A stretch of 63,651 bases of DNA, filler included, from Reticulomyxa filosa (taxonomy: Eukaryota; Protista; Foraminifera): the NCBI GenBank assembly GCA_000512085.1. It is 15 parts of 15 records of this genome, joined end to end, with 100 filler letters (N's around TTAATTAATTAA, not from the genome) between each part and the next. Parts side by side here need not be neighbours in the genome. Positions count along the whole stretch, not along the records: positions 62,596 to 63,651 come from ASPP01039044.1; 14 more parts are not named here. One strand, given 5' to 3'. The translations under genes and the position numbers were made by a program. Numbering within the stretch: position 1 is the first letter of the stretch; every line of letters begins with the position of its first letter. Positions 62,655-63,651 of the stretch are shown here, one piece after another. The notes below the pieces were generated by a model. It had not been told where the DNA came from. It did not search any database and was given only the letters and a program-made list of their open reading frames with translations.

Positions 62655-63125
62655 TTGAATTTTTGGAAGAGTTGCCTACTCCACTTGAGCAAGCTCAACA
62701 TGCGCTACACAAACACGAACTCCTCATTTGTGGAAGCCTTGAGAGAAGAGCTTATTATTCTTAAAAACGAATTCAAGTTTGTCTGTGAGTATCCAAGTAA
62801 TGTTGAATTACGGGCACTGTGTGGTGAAGTTGATAGATAACAACAAAGACAGCAATGAAATTACTTTGCTGTCTTTTGGTGGATCTAAATATACAAGACA
62901 TACATTGATGATGAAATATGTAAGTGTTTGGAGTAATGACAGTGATAATGTTAATACAACGAAAGTAACAAATTAACAATTACAATCAATGGATTCTTTT
63001 AACAGACTAACAAATAATTAACACAAAAAATGAAATAAAATTTGTTATCCAATATTGGATCCGAATTTAAAGATTAAATTAGGACGGATCGATGATTTTT
63101 ATCAAATTATTACCAAATACAGAAT
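62655..63125 (+). pseudogene. Kelch-like family pseudogene, probably internally deleted
   Basis: Fragments read LEELPTPLEQAQHALHKHELLICGS..*, KNEFKFVCEYPSNVEL, GHCVVKLIDNNKDSNEITLLSFGG, HTLMMKYVSVW, then EIKFVIQYWIRI.KIKLG.IDDF. There are several stops and frameshifts. Confidence 0.7.
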
Positions 63126-63651
63126 AAATGCCAATACAGAGATAATTGATTTTTCCATGAGAAGCGCAATTAAAGTAACTATACCGAGATAATAATTAAC
63201 AAACACACAAAGAGAATGAACTGCTTTTGAAAAATATTGTTGTAGGAACATCTAGAGTGATTAAATAAAGAATTCCAAATTAACTCAAAATTACGAACAA
63301 TTGATTAAAAAAATTAAATCATCAACACAAAAAAAAAAAAAGTTCAATCTTTACTTTATCACAATCAGCTTTGCTTTTCATTTACTTCATCATCCAAATT
63401 GCCTTTTTAAAAAAATAACAAATGAAAATTAAAAATGGCGATTATAATTTCAACTTGTGTTATGGCTCACAAAGGCAAAACTCGTACTTGGGGATAAGCT
63501 ATATTTTCCGACAATATGTAATTAAAAGGATACGGTCTTCAAAAAAATAAAAACAGAACTTTACATTATCTATCAATAGAGTTTTGACAGGAAAAAATTT
63601 GAGAAAACCTGTTCGACACAAAAATAAATGAAGTGGAATTAAATTCCATAT

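Noticed and set aside
62440-62735. Direct repeat flanking the last gap as an LTR or tandem duplication
   Set aside because: The copies are on separate contigs and are diverged members of a multicopy gene family.
1-63651. Alternative genetic code (stop reassignment)
   Set aside because: H3, TOR, VPS13 and USP exons translate cleanly in the standard code, and TAA, TAG and TGA all terminate genes.
1-63651. rRNA, tRNA, CRISPR arrays, prokaryotic operons
   Set aside because: None were recognisable by eye. The sequence is intron-containing eukaryotic DNA, though small ncRNAs could be missed without covariance searches.

Overview
This window is not one locus. It is 15 short eukaryotic contigs joined by 14 identical artificial 100-bp spacers (44 N + TTAATTAATTAA + 44 N), so neighbourhoods across spacers are meaningless. 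The DNA is AT-rich, uses the standard code and has short GT-AG introns full of homopolymers and microsatellites. The WD40 (GGNGYTICSGS.D.T.RIWDIETTKQ) and kelch-like (LPTPL.Q.QC.LHKHELLICG) families resemble those I recall from the foraminiferan Reticulomyxa filosa (Rhizaria); this assignment is an inference. Recognisable genes are a divergent histone H3 with a replication-type 3' stem-loop, secernin (peptidase C69), the TOR C-terminus, a 7TM receptor-like gene, hyccin/FAM126, a small secreted 6-Cys protein, an F-box protein, a His-rich acidic protein, the VPS13 N-terminus, a proteasome beta-1 paralogue, a USP34/USP24/USP9-like deubiquitinase and two WD40 genes. There are also decayed RRM, Rho GTPase, CAP-Gly, kelch-like and Tc1 transposase sequences. 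The best novelty candidate is a spliced gene at about 40179-42280 (-), split across several ORFs in the track. It appears to encode an N-terminal ubiquitin-like domain fused to a 7TM protein with signatures of the insect odorant/gustatory receptor (7TMIC/GRL/DUF3537) ion-channel superfamily. Many 1-nt frameshifts fall in homopolymer runs and are most likely sequencing errors. All family calls come from motif recognition by eye; no searches were run.
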